The notes: generated from the letters alone by a model not told the origin. A stretch of 64,000 bases of DNA from an uncultured virus (IMG/VR IMGVR_UViG_3300034198_023361) (IMGVR_UViG_3300034198_023361); one strand, 5' to 3'; shown: positions 46,817-56,171, counted from the first letter of the stretch. Program-made: numbers and translations.

Positions 46817-49078
46817 ATGAACGCATATGAGTTTGGTCAACACATCGCTGCGCTTGAAAAAGAAGCCGGCGCGCGCGATAAATTACTGAGCGGCATTATC
46901 GGCGCCGGCACTAAAGCCGTCAAAGGTCTTGCCGATGATGCGGTGCGCGGCGGAAAACAGCTCGTCAATCGCGGCACGAGCGCCACGCGCGGCTATCAGC
47001 GCGGCATGCAACAAAACGTTGTTGATCCGCTGACCATTCCGCTCAAGGATCGTTACAAAGCAGTGCCGCTTACGGCGAAACCGACAGGACCCAGCCGTCT
47101 CGATGCTGCTGCCCGTGCCGCGCAAGGTCAGGCCGCTTCTTTGTATCACGGCACACCCGGCCGACTGGCGGGCCAAGCGGTCGATGCCGTCGGCGGCCTT
47201 GGCCGCGGCACGATGAATGTCATGCGGCGTGGTCTTAACAAAGCCGACGACATGGTGCAAGGCGTGCGTGGTTTAGATCCGCGCGCTGCCGGCCAGCGTT
47301 TTGGTGATCAGACGGTTGGTCGGACACAGGCTGCGGCGAAGAATCTTCCTGAGTGGATGGGCGGCGGTTCTTCGGCCATGACGAACGCGCGCAATCCGTT
47401 GAATCTAGCGGTAGGCGCTGGGACCGGCGCGGCCGGCATGCACTATGCCGGAAAAGCCATGGGCCTCGGCAGTGAACCGACGTCTGAAAACGTCGATGCG
47501 CAGCAGATGAATACGCAGATGTCCATGGCGCAGCACGCTGAGGCGAATCCCAACAACGGCGGGCTGACGGGTATGTGGAACAGCCTGCCGATCGAAGCCC
47601 GCTACGCGATCGGCGCTGGTGTTCCGCTGGCGCTGGCTGGTGCGTTTATGGGCGGCCGCGGGAACACGGGTTTGGGTGCCGGCATGGGCGCACTGGGTCT
47701 GGGCGCCGCTGGTCTTGGTGCCGCTGGTGCCGGTATGTTCGGCGACGGTGCTCGGCGCATGGTCGGTCAGGGCGCCAACGGGTTGTACAGCATGCTTGGC
47801 GGTGGTGGCGGGAACCCGATGGATCAGATCAACGCGCTGAGTCAGTTGAGCCCGGAGTTCGGCACGACGATGCTGATGGGGCGCGATCCCAACATGAGCA
47901 GCGGACAGGGTCGGCAGATGTATGACTTTCTGACCCACAATAGAAATATCATTGAACAGCTTATGCCGCAGCTGCAGAACGCGAGCACGAACGGTATGAA
48001 GCAAGGCTCGGCGCTGGAGTTTGGTAAAGCAGCGGGTCGGTGTTGGACTGGTTATGAGCCGGTGCCGGGTAAGAAGCCCTACAGCAACGACTCGTGCCGC
48101 CCGGTCGGCAGCAAGAAGAAAGACAAGAAAGAGAAAAAAGCGCGCTCTAGTGCGGCCCGCGGCAAGACTGAGATGAACTGCACGCCGAGTGCGCGCGGCA
48201 GTAACAAGATTATTGACGACAAGCAACGCTCGGCGCCCAACCCCGTACCGACAGACGCAGCGAACGCGCAGCAGTCGCACGGCGAAAAAGAAGCTGCTGG
48301 GCTCGTGAGTGGTTTAATCGGCGCTGGCGCCAAAGGTCTCGGCGCGATGGCCCGCGGCGGTGGTCGTGCTGTGGCTGGCGGCGCACGCGCTGTAAGTCGG
48401 GCTACCGGCGCCGCGGCTGGCGAGCTTGGTAATGCGGCTGTAAACCGCGGCGCGCGAATGGCCAGCGGCGGCGCACAACAAATGATGCGCGGCGGCGTAG
48501 GTAACGCAGTCGGCGGCGGTATTCGCGCGGCTACTGGTGCCGGCATGTACGGCGCTGGTCAGGTTGCCCGCGGCGCCGGTAGCGTAGCGCGTTGGGCGGG
48601 TACACAGGTTCCGGGCAGCACAGCTATGAACGCTGCGCGCACGGCTGTCGCTATGCCGATCGCGGCTGGAGCTACTTACGGCGCATATCGTGCCACTGCG
48701 CCTGCCGTTGATCCTTATATTAGCTCTGCGCAGCAGTTTGGTTCGGACACGGCCAACCGCGTCGGCGCAGGTTTACAGCAGGCCGGACAGGCAGCTATGG
48801 CCGTACCGCGCGCCATTGGTCAAGGCGTGCATGACGCCGGATCTGCAATTGGCGATGCGGCCGGCACAGCCTACGGTACAGCTCGTAACACTGTTGTAAA
48901 TACAGCCAATGACGTTCGCCGCGGCGTGACAAACGCAGCGCAAACAGCTCGGTCGTACGTGCCTAACGTACGAAACCCGTTCTACTACGGTCCGCAATCA
49001 CCGCAGCCTAACCAAGCTCCGGCCGGCGGCGTTGAGCCGCTTCAGTCTGGTCGTGTAAGCGATCTTGCTGATCTGTGA
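46817..49078 (+). CDS. EFG-leader modular Gly/Ala-rich polyprotein with internal CWTGY motif
   Basis: MNAYEFGQHIAALEKEAG; internal KQGSALEFGKAAGRCWTGYEPVPGKK; EKEAAGLVSG. Confidence 0.8.
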   Translation: MNAYEFGQHIAALEKEAGARDKLLSGIIGAGTKAVKGLADDAVRGGKQLVNRGTSATRGYQRGMQQNVVDPLTIPLKDRYKAVPLTAKPTGPSRLDAAARAAQGQAASLYHGTPGRLAGQAVDAVGGLGRGTMNVMRRGLNKADDMVQGVRGLDPRAAGQRFGDQTVGRTQAAAKNLPEWMGGGSSAMTNARNPLNLAVGAGTGAAGMHYAGKAMGLGSEPTSENVDAQQMNTQMSMAQHAEANPNNGGLTGMWNSLPIEARYAIGAGVPLALAGAFMGGRGNTGLGAGMGALGLGAAGLGAAGAGMFGDGARRMVGQGANGLYSMLGGGGGNPMDQINALSQLSPEFGTTMLMGRDPNMSSGQGRQMYDFLTHNRNIIEQLMPQLQNASTNGMKQGSALEFGKAAGRCWTGYEPVPGKKPYSNDSCRPVGSKKKDKKEKKARSSAARGKTEMNCTPSARGSNKIIDDKQRSAPNPVPTDAANAQQSHGEKEAAGLVSGLIGAGAKGLGAMARGGGRAVAGGARAVSRATGAAAGELGNAAVNRGARMASGGAQQMMRGGVGNAVGGGIRAATGAGMYGAGQVARGAGSVARWAGTQVPGSTAMNAARTAVAMPIAAGATYGAYRATAPAVDPYISSAQQFGSDTANRVGAGLQQAGQAAMAVPRAIGQGVHDAGSAIGDAAGTAYGTARNTVVNTANDVRRGVTNAAQTARSYVPNVRNPFYYGPQSPQPNQAPAGGVEPLQSGRVSDLADL

Positions 49079-49137
49079 CGTAAAGGAGTCTTTACGCCGC
49101 GCTCACACACGTACTACACCAAGGAAGGCACTACTCT

Positions 49138-49845
49138 ATGGCGCCCAAATCACGGCCTACCCGCCGCGCCGAGAAGAAAGAGAAGAAACGCCATGATCAA
49201 CAAGAAAAAGCTAGAGCTTTACTGACGCCGTGCGATATTGAATGGCGCACGGAAACCCAACGTCGCGCGTGGAAAACATTAAACGAGAACGACATCACGT
49301 TCCTGCTCGGCTCCGCCGGCTCGGGCAAGACGTTTCTGGCGATGGCTTTTGCTATCAACGAGATACTGGCCAAGCGCGCCGAATCGATCGTGCTCACCCG
49401 GCCGATCGTGGATGCCGGTGAAAAACTTGGCTATCTGCCGGGCTCATTTGGCGAAAAAGTTAATCCGTACATGCAGCCGCTGTACGACACCATGGACACG
49501 TTGCTGGGTAAGTTCGGCTCCAAACGTGAGTTTGTGAACCGGGCTGTGGTGCTGGCGCCGTTATGTTATCTACGCGGCCGGACGTTCAATGATTCGATCT
49601 GCGTGTTCGACGAGGCGCAGAACGCTACGTACACGCAGTTTAAGTTATTTTTATCCCGCTTCGGGCAGAACTCAAAAATCATCGTCACTGGTGATCCGCA
49701 GCAGACAGACTTGCCCGTTTCGCCGCCACCCATGAACGAAGTCGTGGCGAAGCTTAAAGGGATCTCGGGCATTGATACTGTGCAGTTTGCCCACAGTGAC
49801 GTCGTGCGTCATCCGCTCGTCGGCGCGATTCTAAAAAAGCTGTAA
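49138..49845 (+). CDS. phoH: PhoH-family ATPase
   Basis: GSAGSGKT, LTRP, LGYLPG, LRGRTF, DEAQN, TGDPQQTD, DVVRHPLV. Confidence 0.95.
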   Translation: MAPKSRPTRRAEKKEKKRHDQQEKARALLTPCDIEWRTETQRRAWKTLNENDITFLLGSAGSGKTFLAMAFAINEILAKRAESIVLTRPIVDAGEKLGYLPGSFGEKVNPYMQPLYDTMDTLLGKFGSKREFVNRAVVLAPLCYLRGRTFNDSICVFDEAQNATYTQFKLFLSRFGQNSKIIVTGDPQQTDLPVSPPPMNEVVAKLKGISGIDTVQFAHSDVVRHPLVGAILKKL

Positions 49846-49849
49846 CGTA

Positions 49850-49878
49850 TTGCACGCTGTGAATATACGCGCTACACT
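49850..49878 (+). promoter_or_regulatory. Sigma70-type promoter
   Basis: TTGCAC-N17-TACACT. Confidence 0.55.
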
Positions 49879-49906
49879 TCGCCCACCCCGAAGTGAAAGG
49901 ACGCGT

Positions 49907-50521
49907 ATGACTTCTGCTGTATTCACGCAGCATGTTATTGAAGTGTTTATTACATCCGAGCAGCTAGCGCGGGCATTAGCGCGGGTGGACGAGATGGAAG
50001 CGCGGTTGCTAAAAAAGTACGGCCGCGCGCATTTAAACGACTCGATTCGCGCTGGCTATGGCGTGTTTACGGGGCTCTTGGGTGAAGAAGTTGTGCATGA
50101 CTTCTACGCGCAACAGTGGGATCGGTCGATTGGAGACGACATATACCACTGGGATCTGCGCGATGCGATCTTGGGGCGCATTGACGTCAAAACCAAGCTG
50201 CAGAACTACGACGAAGTTCCGCGCGACTTCTACAACTGCACGGTCTGCGACGCGAATGTCCGGCAGCTCTGTGACTGGTATTGTTTTGCGCGGATCCACA
50301 AAGACTGCGAGCGCGCGTGGTTGCTGGGATTCATGCCTAAAAAGGCTTTTTTCGATATCGCCACGTTCGGCCGCAAAGGCGAGGTTGACCCCACGAGCCA
50401 CAACGGCTGGAAGTACAAGTGGGACTGCTGGAACGTGCCGGTGTCCAAGGTGATCCGGCCACCCGTTGATCTGGCCGGGTTACACATGCTCGCGGAGACG
50501 CACGTAAATGAAAATTCTTGA
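49907..50521 (+). CDS. PD-(D/E)xK nuclease-like protein
   Basis: GLLGEEVV...D...IDVKTK...WLLGF. Confidence 0.6.
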   Translation: MTSAVFTQHVIEVFITSEQLARALARVDEMEARLLKKYGRAHLNDSIRAGYGVFTGLLGEEVVHDFYAQQWDRSIGDDIYHWDLRDAILGRIDVKTKLQNYDEVPRDFYNCTVCDANVRQLCDWYCFARIHKDCERAWLLGFMPKKAFFDIATFGRKGEVDPTSHNGWKYKWDCWNVPVSKVIRPPVDLAGLHMLAETHVNENS

Positions 50522-51050
50522 TGTCGGCTGTGGCCCCGGAATCTATGTCGACGCCCTCCGCGCCGCTGGCTTTATCGTAGACGGCATTGATCCAGACCCG
50601 GCTTGTCCGCACGATAAGTTCAGTGTGTTTGACCCGCAGTTCGACATGTGTCGGGGTTATGATATCTGTTTGTGTCTTGAAGTTGCCGAGCATATCAACC
50701 CGGAACTGGCCGACGCGTTTGTGCAAAAGTTAGTGCAGACGGCGCCGACGATTATTTTTAGTGCCGCGCTTCCGGGGCAGGGCGGACACGGACATATTAA
50801 CTGCCAGCCCAAAGAATACTGGGCGCATAAGTTCGGCTGCCAGAACTACGTGTATGACGAAGAGGCCACAAATCATCTGGTCAACTTTATGCGGGCTGGT
50901 TACCATATGGGCTGGTTCGTCAATAACGTGCAGATCTTTCGGCAGTACGGCGCGGTCTGTTACGAGCAGATCATTCGTGAAGAAACACCGCAGGCCCAAC
51001 GCCTTGCGGCTTACCTGAAGGAGCAGTTGCTATGTCCGACGAAGGAGTAA
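50508..51050 (+). CDS. Class I SAM-dependent methyltransferase
   Basis: ILDVGCGPG, CLEVAEHI, PGQGGHGHIN. Confidence 0.9.
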   Translation: MKILDVGCGPGIYVDALRAAGFIVDGIDPDPACPHDKFSVFDPQFDMCRGYDICLCLEVAEHINPELADAFVQKLVQTAPTIIFSAALPGQGGHGHINCQPKEYWAHKFGCQNYVYDEEATNHLVNFMRAGYHMGWFVNNVQIFRQYGAVCYEQIIREETPQAQRLAAYLKEQLLCPTKE

Positions 51051-51574
51051 CAAATCACAGCGGCGAACCCGGGCCCGAAGGTGAACCGGGTAAATACACG
51101 CTGGCTGAATTCGTGACATTGATCAACGAAGATCTGCAGAACGAATGGACGCACCTGCAGTTCTATCTGTATCACGCTAGCGCTGTAACTGGCTTGCACG
51201 CCGAGGAATACAAAGAGTTTCTGACGGAAGCGGCCAAGGGCGAACTGAATCACGTGCAGCAGTTTCTAGACTGCCTGTACGGGTTTGACTTCGTTCAGCC
51301 CTGCGCCGGCGGACACCCGTTTGCTACGTACACGCGCGTCGAAGATATCTTAATCGAAGCGCACACGCTGGAACGCCAAGTCGTCGTAAACTACGCGAAG
51401 CGCCTTGAACAGCTCAAATCGCTCGATGACAAGGTTGCAGCCGCGTATCTTGAAGTGTTCTATGAAGATCATCTGCAAGATAGCTTTGAAGACTCGCGGC
51501 ACATCCAGCGCATTCTGGCCGACGTCGATAAGCGGCAAGCACGAAAATTAAACAACATGGATTCACGGAGTTGA
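51032..51574 (+). CDS. Ferritin/bacterioferritin-like protein
   Basis: NEW....Y, ELNH, ERQVVVNY four-helix-bundle spacing. Confidence 0.75.
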   Translation: MSDEGVTNHSGEPGPEGEPGKYTLAEFVTLINEDLQNEWTHLQFYLYHASAVTGLHAEEYKEFLTEAAKGELNHVQQFLDCLYGFDFVQPCAGGHPFATYTRVEDILIEAHTLERQVVVNYAKRLEQLKSLDDKVAAAYLEVFYEDHLQDSFEDSRHIQRILADVDKRQARKLNNMDSRS

Positions 51575-51816
51575 ACACGCGGGAGAGTTGCGGCATGGTG
51601 GCCGGAATGCGCTGCGAGCGGATCACTCCCGTCCGTTCTGCGCCAGCCCGGACGTGACGCCGCAGAACACCGGTCGTCCTCCCGGTGTTTGCATCACACT
51701 TGGTTAGCCGTGGTGCCGGATACTGGTTGCTGGGTTTCAAACGTTTCCAAGCGCCTCCTTCGCCCCAACGTTACACGAGCACAAGCGGGACACGAGCGGT
51801 CCTGCTGCCAGTATTC
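51574..51816 (+). ncRNA. Candidate structured RNA (two long irregular hairpins)
   Basis: Nested stems 51574-51689 and 51718-51816 in a gap with no credible ORF. Confidence 0.4.
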
Positions 51817-51836
51817 AACCCGCGTTTATTACAGCT

Positions 51837-52325
51837 ATGCCCGACCACATGGATCCGCTGTTTTACTTGCGCATTGCCTGTCACGTCGCGACAACCGTGT
51901 CGGACGACGTTCACACGCAGAACGGCGCGGTCCTTGTCACGCCGCGTGGCGATATTGTTGTCGAAGCCAACCGCTTGCCACTCGACGTTGTAAAAACTGT
52001 CGATCGACTGCAGCGGCCGCTCAAGTATTCGTACATTGAGCACGCCGAGCGTAATGTTATTTATCGCGCGGCTAAGATGGGTGTGCCGACCCGTAACGCG
52101 ACGCTGTACTGCCCGTGGTTCGCCTGCGCCGAGTGTGCGCGGGCGATTATCTGCGCCGGAATTACTGAAGTTGTCGGGTTTGCGCATCCACCTGCTCACG
52201 GCTCGTGGCAAGAAAGCTGCGACCGCGGCGACGAAATGTTTCGCGAAGCGAGTGTGAAATATATCCGGCTTGAAGAAAAACTTGGCGTTCTTGTGTTGCG
52301 CGATGAAAAATACATTGAAGTGTGA
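51837..52325 (+). CDS. dCMP deaminase family protein
   Basis: EHAERNVI, WFACAECARAII..GI. Confidence 0.9.
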   Translation: MPDHMDPLFYLRIACHVATTVSDDVHTQNGAVLVTPRGDIVVEANRLPLDVVKTVDRLQRPLKYSYIEHAERNVIYRAAKMGVPTRNATLYCPWFACAECARAIICAGITEVVGFAHPPAHGSWQESCDRGDEMFREASVKYIRLEEKLGVLVLRDEKYIEV

Positions 52326-52328
52326 ACT

Positions 52329-52541
52329 ATGCCGCGAGAACCACAGCCCGAGCTAACCGTTGAAGAAACGATCGAGTTAGACGCGAAGATTCTGCAGCGC
52401 CACGACTCGGACGAAATTCGGGCGCGCTATTGGCATACAAACATGCGTATCAGGCGCGTGTTTTTTTCTATTTTGTGGTTAATTGCTGTTGTTCTTGCAT
52501 ATACAACGGTTCCAATTATCGCGCTTAAATTGTTACAATAA
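52329..52541 (+). CDS. Small C-terminal TM protein
   Basis: Hydrophobic C-terminus. Confidence 0.6.
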   Translation: MPREPQPELTVEETIELDAKILQRHDSDEIRARYWHTNMRIRRVFFSILWLIAVVLAYTTVPIIALKLLQ

Positions 52542-52614
52542 CGCAGCCCGGTGACGTAAGTTATCGGCAGCCAAACGGATTTGGCTGAAAACCAGCACTG
52601 AACGGATTCAGTGT

Positions 52615-53319
52615 ATGCGTAAACGCTGGTACTACCTGTATGTGATCCTGTACCCGTCGTTGGGGTACAAGTTCTACTACGGCTCGCGCGTTACCGACCG
52701 CAGCCCAGACGATGATCACGGGTATTTTGGTTCGCCAGTTACATTCGCGCACTACAACGACCCAGAGCACGCAGAATATCAAGCAGACGCGATTAAAATC
52801 GTGCTGCAGGCGCAATACCGCAGGGAGTCAAAAAAGGCTGCAGCGGATCTGTCCAAAGCCGAGACAACCCTAATTAAAGCCGCGCACGCCGACGCAGAAC
52901 ACTTGGGCCCAGAGGTGTGTTTAAACCGGAATGCGGCAGGGCGGTTTCTCCTCACGCCAGCGCAGCGCAAACTAGCCAACCAACGCTCGCACGATAGCGG
53001 CTCTGGGTTTGCGGGCATGGACGCAGCAACCCGGCAAAAATGGGCGAGTATTGGCGGCACCAAGTCAGTCGAAATGAAAACGGGTGTGCACGCTATTCCT
53101 GAGCAGCGGATGGAAGAACTTCGTGAGCGCGGGCGCAACGTTATTCGCGAAAAGTACGCCAAAACGTATAACTTTCTCAATCCAGACGGTGATTTAGTTA
53201 TCATTCACAACCTCAAAGACTTCTGCCGCCACAACGGACTGCGTGACTGCCATATGCGCAGCGTGAACGCCGGGCGCATCAAATCACACCGGGGATGGCG
53301 CAAGCCTGAAACATGCTAA
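52615..53319 (+). CDS. GIY-YIG-like (Seg-type) homing endonuclease
   Basis: YLYVI...FYYGSR...GYFGS, E..LI, CLN; C-terminal NUMOD1-like LKDFCRHNGL...HRGW. Confidence 0.7.
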   Translation: MRKRWYYLYVILYPSLGYKFYYGSRVTDRSPDDDHGYFGSPVTFAHYNDPEHAEYQADAIKIVLQAQYRRESKKAAADLSKAETTLIKAAHADAEHLGPEVCLNRNAAGRFLLTPAQRKLANQRSHDSGSGFAGMDAATRQKWASIGGTKSVEMKTGVHAIPEQRMEELRERGRNVIREKYAKTYNFLNPDGDLVIIHNLKDFCRHNGLRDCHMRSVNAGRIKSHRGWRKPETC

Positions 53320-53657
53320 TTCTGCCCTACTCTGTTGTAGCCTTAATTGTCGCCGGAAGCGTTGCGCTGGGTTACGCAATCGGCCGGCTGGACTGGCTGG
53401 TGGCGCGCGTGGCTGGTATTGTGCCGATGTACGCGCCGACCGCCATTAGCCCGCCTACGACGAATACTCTGCGCGCGGCCATGAAAGAGATCGCGCCCGG
53501 CAAAGGCAAGATAGAAATCGACACCGGCAAATACGTAGGCGCAATTAACACCGAGACGTTGCAAAAAACGCAACAACTCGAACTTGGCAAAACGACGCAG
53601 ACACAGGATGATATTAGTTCGTCCGTGTCCAAGCTCGCGCAGCTGAAGGGGAAGTGA
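53313..53657 (+). CDS. N-terminal TM protein upstream of the actin-like gene
   Basis: TM helix; C-terminal ISSSVSKLAQLKGK. Confidence 0.75.
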   Translation: MLILPYSVVALIVAGSVALGYAIGRLDWLVARVAGIVPMYAPTAISPPTTNTLRAAMKEIAPGKGKIEIDTGKYVGAINTETLQKTQQLELGKTTQTQDDISSSVSKLAQLKGK

Positions 53658-53773
53658 TGAGCTTCTGGGACAAGTGGACGAAGAAGAAGGTCAAGAAACA
53701 GTGCGTTAAATTGCGCGCGCAGGCCAAGTACATTAAAAAGCTGGAAAAAAAGCTCGAAAAGAAAGGGAAGTAA
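53657..53773 (+). CDS. 38-aa very basic peptide (MSFWDKWTKKKVKK...EKKGK), not in the ORF track
   Basis: TGATG coupling upstream; TAA 2 nt before the next ATG. Confidence 0.65.
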   Translation: MSFWDKWTKKKVKKQCVKLRAQAKYIKKLEKKLEKKGK

Positions 53774-53775
53774 TC

Positions 53776-54810
53776 ATGGCCAAGGGTTTAGACGTCGGAA
53801 CATCGTTTATCGTGCTGGCTCAAGACGCTGCCGCTAACTTCACGACCGATCCGCATCTGGTGGGCAACGTAGAATACAAAGACTTCCGTGATGCGTTTTA
53901 CGTCATCAAACCGACGACGCCCGTGGCCACGAAGATGATCGAGAAGGGCCTGCAGGGCAAAGTTTTCGTGAAAGACGCCGACGGGAGTTTTATCATTCTC
54001 GGCCAAGACGCCATTGAGAAAGCCGTCGAGCGCAATGATTCTGCCAAGCGCCCAATGTACCGCGGCGTTGTCAGCCCCAAGGAAAAAGAGGCCAAGCGCG
54101 TGCTGGCGTTTATTCTCAAAGAGGTGGTCGGCACAGCCGGCACGCCCAACGAGAAGCTGATCTTCTGCGTACCAGCTCAACCCGTCGACCAAGAAGACGA
54201 TGATTTTGACGTTGCGTACCACGAAGACGTAGTAAAGACAGTGCTGTCTGAACAGGGTTATGCTGCCCGCGCGATCAACGAAGCCGAGGCGCTGTGCTAC
54301 TCGGAGCTGGAGCACGACGACTACACCGGCATCGGTCTGTCATGGGGCGCCGGCATGGTGAACGTGTGCGTGATGCTCAATGGCGAGCCAACCGTGCTGT
54401 TCTCGACGACAAAGTCCGGCGACTGGATCGATCGCATGACGGCTGTTGCAACGAACGAGCCGGACTCTGTTGTGCAAGCTGAGAAGGAGCACGGCACGTT
54501 TGTTATCGGCGAGGGCGGCGGAGACAACGCAATTCTTGCTGCTGTGAGCGTGTACTATGAGCGCCTGATCGATTACACGACGAAGCAGCTTGCGGCCGCA
54601 CTGCGCGACCATAAAGCGCTGCCCAAGTTCAAAGAGCCGATTCTGATATCTTTGGCCGGCGGTACGACGCGGGCCAAAGGCTTTGTGGAAATGTTCACAA
54701 AGAAGCTTGAAGAGAATGGCTTTCCGTTGCCGGTGAAAGAAGTTCGTCATGCTAAAGATCCGCTGCACGCTGTTGCGCGCGGATGTCTGATTGCCGCCAA
54801 GATTCTTTGA
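53776..54810 (+). CDS. Actin-like ATPase (MreB/FtsA/MamK superfamily)
   Basis: GLDVGTS, INEAEA, SWGAG, SGDWID, LAGG, AVARG. Confidence 0.88.
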   Translation: MAKGLDVGTSFIVLAQDAAANFTTDPHLVGNVEYKDFRDAFYVIKPTTPVATKMIEKGLQGKVFVKDADGSFIILGQDAIEKAVERNDSAKRPMYRGVVSPKEKEAKRVLAFILKEVVGTAGTPNEKLIFCVPAQPVDQEDDDFDVAYHEDVVKTVLSEQGYAARAINEAEALCYSELEHDDYTGIGLSWGAGMVNVCVMLNGEPTVLFSTTKSGDWIDRMTAVATNEPDSVVQAEKEHGTFVIGEGGGDNAILAAVSVYYERLIDYTTKQLAAALRDHKALPKFKEPILISLAGGTTRAKGFVEMFTKKLEENGFPLPVKEVRHAKDPLHAVARGCLIAAKIL

Positions 54811-54897
54811 CGCAACTCGTAGACACACTCTGCGGTCACGAGTAGGATACGCCACATACAAACACGTGGCAGTCGTTAACAAGTCAAGGAAGTTGGC

Positions 54898-55350
54898 ATG
54901 GCGCGCAACACGCGGTTTGACGGTATTTTGATTGCCAATCTCGGCAACATTAACGGGGCGCTGCCGGAGAAAGAAAACCGCTTTGCGTACGTACAGGCCG
55001 CGCTTTCTGCGGGCTGGCATGTATGCGTAAACGTCGTGTTTCATCAGGGAAGTTTTTTGCTGCCATTTGACGGCGGCTTTAACATTGCGCAGCCCGGGTT
55101 TTTTTCCAAGCAGCGCGTCTGGTCGCGGTGCTTTGACGGCGAAACTCTTGACGCGCTATGTAATGTCGGCGCGCATGCTTTCTGCGACAGCGACACCCCC
55201 ACACTGACGAGTGCGCAGTTCATCTGGACGCCTGCTCCTCGTGAACTCACCCAGCGGTCGATCGCCTTTCTTCCTGAAACATCTCACGGCTGGATTGATC
55301 AATTTGAACCCGCCGGTCTGTGCAGTAATTCTCCCGCGCGGTACATTTAG
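54898..55350 (+). CDS. Degenerate GDPD-like protein
   Basis: LIANLGN..G....EN...YVQAALSAGWHVCVNV aligns to I(A/S)HRGN...EN...AL..G.DVE.DV. Confidence 0.55.
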   Translation: MARNTRFDGILIANLGNINGALPEKENRFAYVQAALSAGWHVCVNVVFHQGSFLLPFDGGFNIAQPGFFSKQRVWSRCFDGETLDALCNVGAHAFCDSDTPTLTSAQFIWTPAPRELTQRSIAFLPETSHGWIDQFEPAGLCSNSPARYI

Positions 55351-55428
55351 CAGCGCGCTCTTTGACAATTTATCGCCGCGTTTTATTAGGCAGTATCTTG
55401 CGCCTAATAAAAAATGTTAAACTGAGTT

Positions 55429-55650
55429 TGTGTCAAAAGTTAGCCGTGGTGGTCGGCTGGTTAGGCGTATCTTCCAAGGCAGGGATGCCGCGGGGGTTAC
55501 AGGTTCCGTGGTCAGATTTTGTCGGGCTCACGGGCGGAGGAGCAGCAAATGCCACACGGGACGAAATTATGTCCTTGAAAGTTGCTGCAGAACCGCGGCT
55601 TCGGCCGTGGTAGGTCCTGCGGACAGGGGATCGCAGGGGCTTTTGACACA
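55429..55650 (+). ncRNA. ~220-nt multi-stem ncRNA
   Basis: Closing TGTGTCAAAAG/CTTTTGACACA; six internal stems including C-TTCG-G tetraloop; TGTTAAACT extended -10 just upstream. Confidence 0.65.
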
Positions 55651-55684
55651 TTTATAACATCAACAATTACAGGCGGTTAAAATC

Positions 55685-56041
55685 ATGGGCGACGAAAATT
55701 TACATTCGTTGTCGGTGCTTTTGAGCGCATTTGGCGCTTCTGCGTTTGCGGGTCTGGCAACGCTTTTGCGGTTTGCCAAGAAACTGTCTAAACTAGCTGT
55801 GATCAGCGCGATGCTGAACGCCGGGTTTCTCGGTCTTGCCATCGCCCTGATTTGGTATCAAAACTATCGGAAAGCCGAAAACGTCTACGGCCTGATCGGC
55901 ATTTGCGTGCTGGCGGGTATGGGCGGGTCAACTTTAACGGATCTGGCAATATCGCTATTGTCTGGCGCCGGCATAAAAGTAACCATTGTGCACGAACGTG
56001 ACCGCGAACAGGAGCACGAGCATGACAATGACCGTCCGTAA
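55685..56041 (+). CDS. Holin-like three-TM protein
   Basis: Three hydrophobic helices, LAGMGG motif, charged C-terminus. Confidence 0.6.
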   Translation: MGDENLHSLSVLLSAFGASAFAGLATLLRFAKKLSKLAVISAMLNAGFLGLAIALIWYQNYRKAENVYGLIGICVLAGMGGSTLTDLAISLLSGAGIKVTIVHERDREQEHEHDNDRP

Positions 56042-56171
56042 ACAATTGAGCGTAGCCGCATGGGGCGCTTCTGCCGTGTTTTGCCTCTTGCTGTTGGTGT
56101 CCGCTTACGCGGCAGTTTCTCGTCACGCGGTCGGAGGTATGACAACGCCAAGTATTAGCGCGACCCCGTGA
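56022..56171 (+). CDS. Small signal-anchor peptide
   Basis: RBS AGGAG; single TM. Confidence 0.5.
   Translation: MTMTVRKQLSVAAWGASAVFCLLLLVSAYAAVSRHAVGGMTTPSISATP

Noticed and set aside
52615..53319. Intron around the GIY-YIG-like endonuclease
   Set aside because: Flanking genes are intact and no group I core is visible; it appears free-standing.
51703..55451. Shared 13-mer GTTAGCCGTGGTG in two candidate ncRNA regions
   Set aside because: 13-mer matches are expected by chance in 64 kb and the flanks do not align.
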